Part shown: positions 60,792-64,000 of the stretch, in pieces | How positions within the stretch are numbered: the stretch's first letter is position 1 | How the letters are laid out: every line of letters starts with the position of its first letter | Origin: Bilabrum cf. latius | Taxonomy: Eukaryota | DNA: 64,000 nucleotides | NCBI GenBank assembly: GCA_965178125.1 | Contig: OZ237736.1 | Location: forward strand, 806,001-870,000 | Reading direction: 5' to 3' | The notes under the pieces: model-generated | The model's database searches: none | Seen by the model: the letters and a program-made list of their open reading frames with translations, nothing else | What the model was told of the DNA's origin: nothing | Translations under genes and position numbers: made by a program

Positions 60792-61570
60792 CGTTTCTGT
60801 TCCCCTTCTCCAGAGCTGACTAACAAGGTGGCTGTGGAGATGACTCGCCGGGAGTCATCGCTGCAGTCATGTGGTCTTCAGGCAGAGTGGGTCTCCGGTG
60901 ACTGGGCCAGTCGAAGTTCAGAGGAGAAGGGCAAGACAACGAAGGCATGGGCGGACCATGGCCTACGTCTTGAACCTCACCCACAACCTCTGGAGAATGA
61001 CAGGCGTGGAATCGCTGCTGCTGAGCGAACCATTCCCAGGATGCGCCGAGCAATTGCCCGCTCTAGTGCCTCTGTTGGATTGGTACGGCTTGCGACACGG
61101 GTAGTTGATGAGCTGAGTGTAAAGGTCAGAACGTTTCCGTCCTGGACTGCCTGCAGGTGGTGGACTGGGGCCTCGGTGCGAGGCTGGACTGCGAGCTCAT
61201 CGGATGACCTGAATACCGCAATGCGAACTCAGGATCGAAGGGGACATCGGGTGGCTCGCCCTAGAGGGCTCATGCGCACTCTTGAGAGGATCTGGGCGCG
61301 TGAGATGGCAACTTCGCTTCGTTGTGTCTTGCGTGAAAGGGAGTAGCTACGTCGTACATGGACGTCCCGCTGGTGGCGGATGGTACGTGTTGACGGTCCG
61401 GCTGTTCTTACGAGGATGGCCCGGGCCCATTCTCCTTCCCTCTGGTCCTTTGGTGGATGAGTGGGTTAGTCCAAGGGTGGTCGTCTCGGTATGTGTAGTA
61501 CCATGATGTTTCGGAAATCCTCTTCGGGACGAGGGGTTCTTCTTTCTTTCTTTCTTTTGCTTTCTCTTGA
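60792..61570 (+). mobile_element. Divergent 5'-truncated LINE relative (ORF C-terminus to TGA ~61460, different 3' UTR)
   Basis: KAWADHGL..RMRRAIARSS..LATRVV..PRGLMRTLERIWA..RERE*LRRTW..RWW..RAHSPSLWSF aligns with KAWAKTAL..RIERTIARSS..LANRVV..PHGLLRDIERQWA..RAHAPHLYAF. Preceded by TTTTTACCCTCG. Confidence 0.8.
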
Positions 61571-62012
61571 GGCTTTGGACTTTGCTCAAGGTGGTGGTTC
61601 TTGGTCTTTTGAACCCGTTGTTCTCTTGAGGTCATCTTTGATGGCCCCACAGTGGGCTACTGCCTGTCAGCCGGGGTGGGGGTGGTGCCGCTGTGATGAG
61701 CATCCTCGCTGCAAGACATGCATGAAAAGTAGCCTTATATAACCTCCCCCGCTCGGGTCCAGCGGAACCCATCAAAAGGGGCCGTGGCGTGCGAGAGTGG
61801 ATAGTGCGCCCGTCAGAGTGGGCAGCTCTGGACGAATCCAGAGGCAGCTGGCTTGCGGGAACAAAGCAGAAGTCAGCACAGCTAAGATCATGATTGAATA
61901 TAGAACTAATTGTTACTTGTCACAGAAACGCAAAGAATTCATGAATGGTTGAATTCAGCTGCCTGCGACTGCACGTATCTTCGAAAAAATACTACTCCGT
62001 CGGGCCTTGGTA

Positions 62013-62586
62013 TTATTTGCAGCAGCCCCATCGTCGCGCCCCCCCCTACTGCTGGGCAAAGACCTCAATGACACTCCCTTCCTCCATCTGCGAGACGCTA
62101 AAATTCGACAGCCACGCGCGAAGACGATTCACTGCAGCCATTTCGATCAGGACTGCGAATACTTGTTTGAATCTTACCCCGTAATGCTTGATTTGCTTGT
62201 CTGGATCGTCGAGCTGCGATGAAGTCGGGCTTTCTCCAAATAAGCTATTTCATAAAACATGAATGAAATGCAAGCAATCAAAGAACATTGCTTACGGTGT
62301 TTCCATCAAAGCTAAATCGGACCGCATCGGATGACAATCCATTCTGCTTGCAATACGCATCCATGATCTTGCGCGCAGGCGTCTTCTTCTTAACCTGCAA
62401 AATCAAATGACAACAAGTGGGGGCTGCCGTGTGACATGTGAATGCATCAGGACACAAGGCCCATGCCAACTAACACCTGCAATTCGAACCGTCGTCGTAT
62501 CTCACCTTAAACGTTATCTGCTCGCCATCAGAGGCCTTGACGACAATTGATATTTTGGAGCTACCGCTGTCGTCTGCTGCTGCCAT
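62013..62586 (-). CDS. SUMO: SUMO-like ubiquitin-related modifier, 4 exons
   Basis: ISIVVKASDGEQITFK|VKKKTPARKIMDAYCKQNG..VRFSFDGNT|LDDPDKQIKHYG|MEEGSVIEVFAQQ*GG-ARRWGCCK-TAA, with three GT..GCAG introns. Confidence 0.88.
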
Positions 62587-62764
62587 TATACACTCGGAAC
62601 AATCGGGAGTACCTGGTCGACGTTGAGCTATCATTGGTTCCGCTACAATGGTTCCGCAAGCGCCGCGGCAGCGATACTGCGCGGCGCCTCCTGCACTTCG
62701 TCTTCAGGCCATTTGCAGGCTTGAACGCGCTCGAAAGATGCACCACGTTTGGTTTGCTCATCAA

Positions 62765-64000
62765 ATGCGAGAGCTAGGCTCTTGTTTATGCGGTGTCGTT
62801 GCATGTCTGTGCTGTCTGGGGCCTGTTTCACTCATTATTGCAATCGTCTTCTTTGTCGGAGCGGCTAGGAACCACAGAGAAGACCTGGTAGAGTCATACA
62901 ATGGCGTGGTTGACATATGGAAGCATGGATTAGCGGCACAATTTGGTGCAATCTCGCCATTTTTGGCCCAGGCCACGGACGTCGGCATTAGTCGAAGAGT
63001 TGCTGTAAACTATACGAGCCAGCCTCCTCCGAGAATCGATTCTGGAAGCGACCTGGACAAGTATTCATAGCACCCTATATTCTATGGTGTTGGACGGCTA
63101 TTTAATGATGTGCATGGAGCCTACAACTGGCCCATCGACGACTCGCACTACGTTCCATCAGCGATTTAGATCCCGTCGTTCCGGGTCTTTTAGTAGAACT
63201 CTCAGTCCACCGTGCTGCCATACACTGGCGAGCACCCATCAGGCGGTGCTCCTGTGGTCTTCATGGCAAAGGAGTTTGGAGCATCGCAGTCGAGCTGCAT
63301 GTCAAGGCGGGGCATCTTTGTGGGCTCCCCTTCCTACATGGACGACGACGATTTCTCCACGCGAGACGATGATTACCACCGCTACGACGACGATGATGAT
63401 TTCAACCACCATCACCACCACCACAAGACTGTGAAAGGGGTGTGCATCACTTTCTGGGCCCTGCGGAGCGTGTGCGTCACTGTCACCGTCCCGTCAACGA
63501 CGACGCATAGGATGCCGCTGGCAGTGCGAAACGGAACCGGGGCCGCAGCTGTAGACCGCAGCTGGCACAACGAGGCCGGTTGCGAGGGAATCCCACAGGC
63601 GCTACGAGCAGCGACGGTCCCATCCGAGCTGAGGTTCGGATCGGCGGCGCCGTTCGGCGTCTCCTCCTTCGGGTACGAGCAGGTGCCCGCCTAGGGGAGA
63701 AGGGGACCGTCTGTGGTGAGCCTCAGCAGCACCCGCGTGACGGTCCGGTCGGGAGGGGACCCGTACGTGGAGGCGGTGCGCCTGACGAACGGGAAGCCCA
63801 CGTCGTTCGGTTTGACCAGGGCGACCCAGTTCGCAATCGCGGTGGCTTTCTTTGTGATCGGGGGGATTGGCTGTGCCATCCCCATTGGAATTCTCTGCTG
63901 GGTGCGGGCCTGCGTGGGCGGGGGCAGCAGCAGCAGCAGCAGCAGCGGTGGCTCGGCAGGAGGGCCGTGGGAGGGGCAGCAACCGCAGGGAGGGGGTGCG
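62765..64000 (+). CDS. Two-TM membrane protein of unknown function (runs off the window)
   Basis: N-terminal Cys-rich TM (CLCCLGPVSLIIAIVFF) and C-terminal TM (FAIAVAFFVIGGIGCAIPIG). One frame linked by TAGs at 63068, ~63192 and 63692. Confidence 0.65.

Noticed and set aside
1-64000. Mass pseudogenisation as the cause of internal stops
   Set aside because: Interruptions are exclusively TAG, without frameshifts or TAA/TGA. Catalytic motifs are intact, and essential genes (SUMO, MAT1, TFIIE-beta) are affected.
1-64000. Pyrrolysine or programmed readthrough at TAG
   Set aside because: TAGs are numerous, mostly at non-catalytic polar positions, with varied downstream context. There are no pyl genes, and the genome is eukaryotic.
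1-64000. Suppressor tRNA(CUA), other tRNA or rRNA genes
   Set aside because: No cloverleaf or rRNA-like sequence was recognised by eye; a tRNAscan/Infernal run is needed to be sure.

Overview
Compact, GC-rich eukaryotic nuclear DNA with few spliceosomal GT-AG introns and about 20 tightly packed genes. It is probably from a flagellate protist; a bicosoecid-like stramenopile is a guess from genome style only. The main result is a variant nuclear genetic code. TAG is a sense codon, most likely Gln (Glu is the main alternative), while TAA and TGA remain stops. The fragmented ORF track resolves into intact genes once TAG is read through (roughly 80 in-frame TAGs by hand count), and every gene end I traced is TGA or TAA. 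Genes: CEP70-like, DEP-PX-nucleotidyltransferase fusion, glutamine synthetase II, ARM-like protein, carotenoid oxygenase, DysF-syntaxin ending in CaaX, RTF2, CBL-like EF-hand protein, TFIIE-beta, PP2C, presenilin, MAT1, opsin-like hybrid histidine kinase, amidase, cupin, P-loop NTPase + restriction-like nuclease, SUMO-like modifier and a membrane protein. Non-genic structure: (i) an ~8 kb gene-free island with a 5.5 kb, 88-bp satellite that has higher-order structure and is flanked by inverted decamer arrays; (ii) a non-LTR retrotransposon family that repeatedly sits at TACCCT and carries a structured 3' UTR; (iii) a TE-fragment-rich island at 55.4-61.8 kb. All calls come from manual translation and motif recall, with no database searches.
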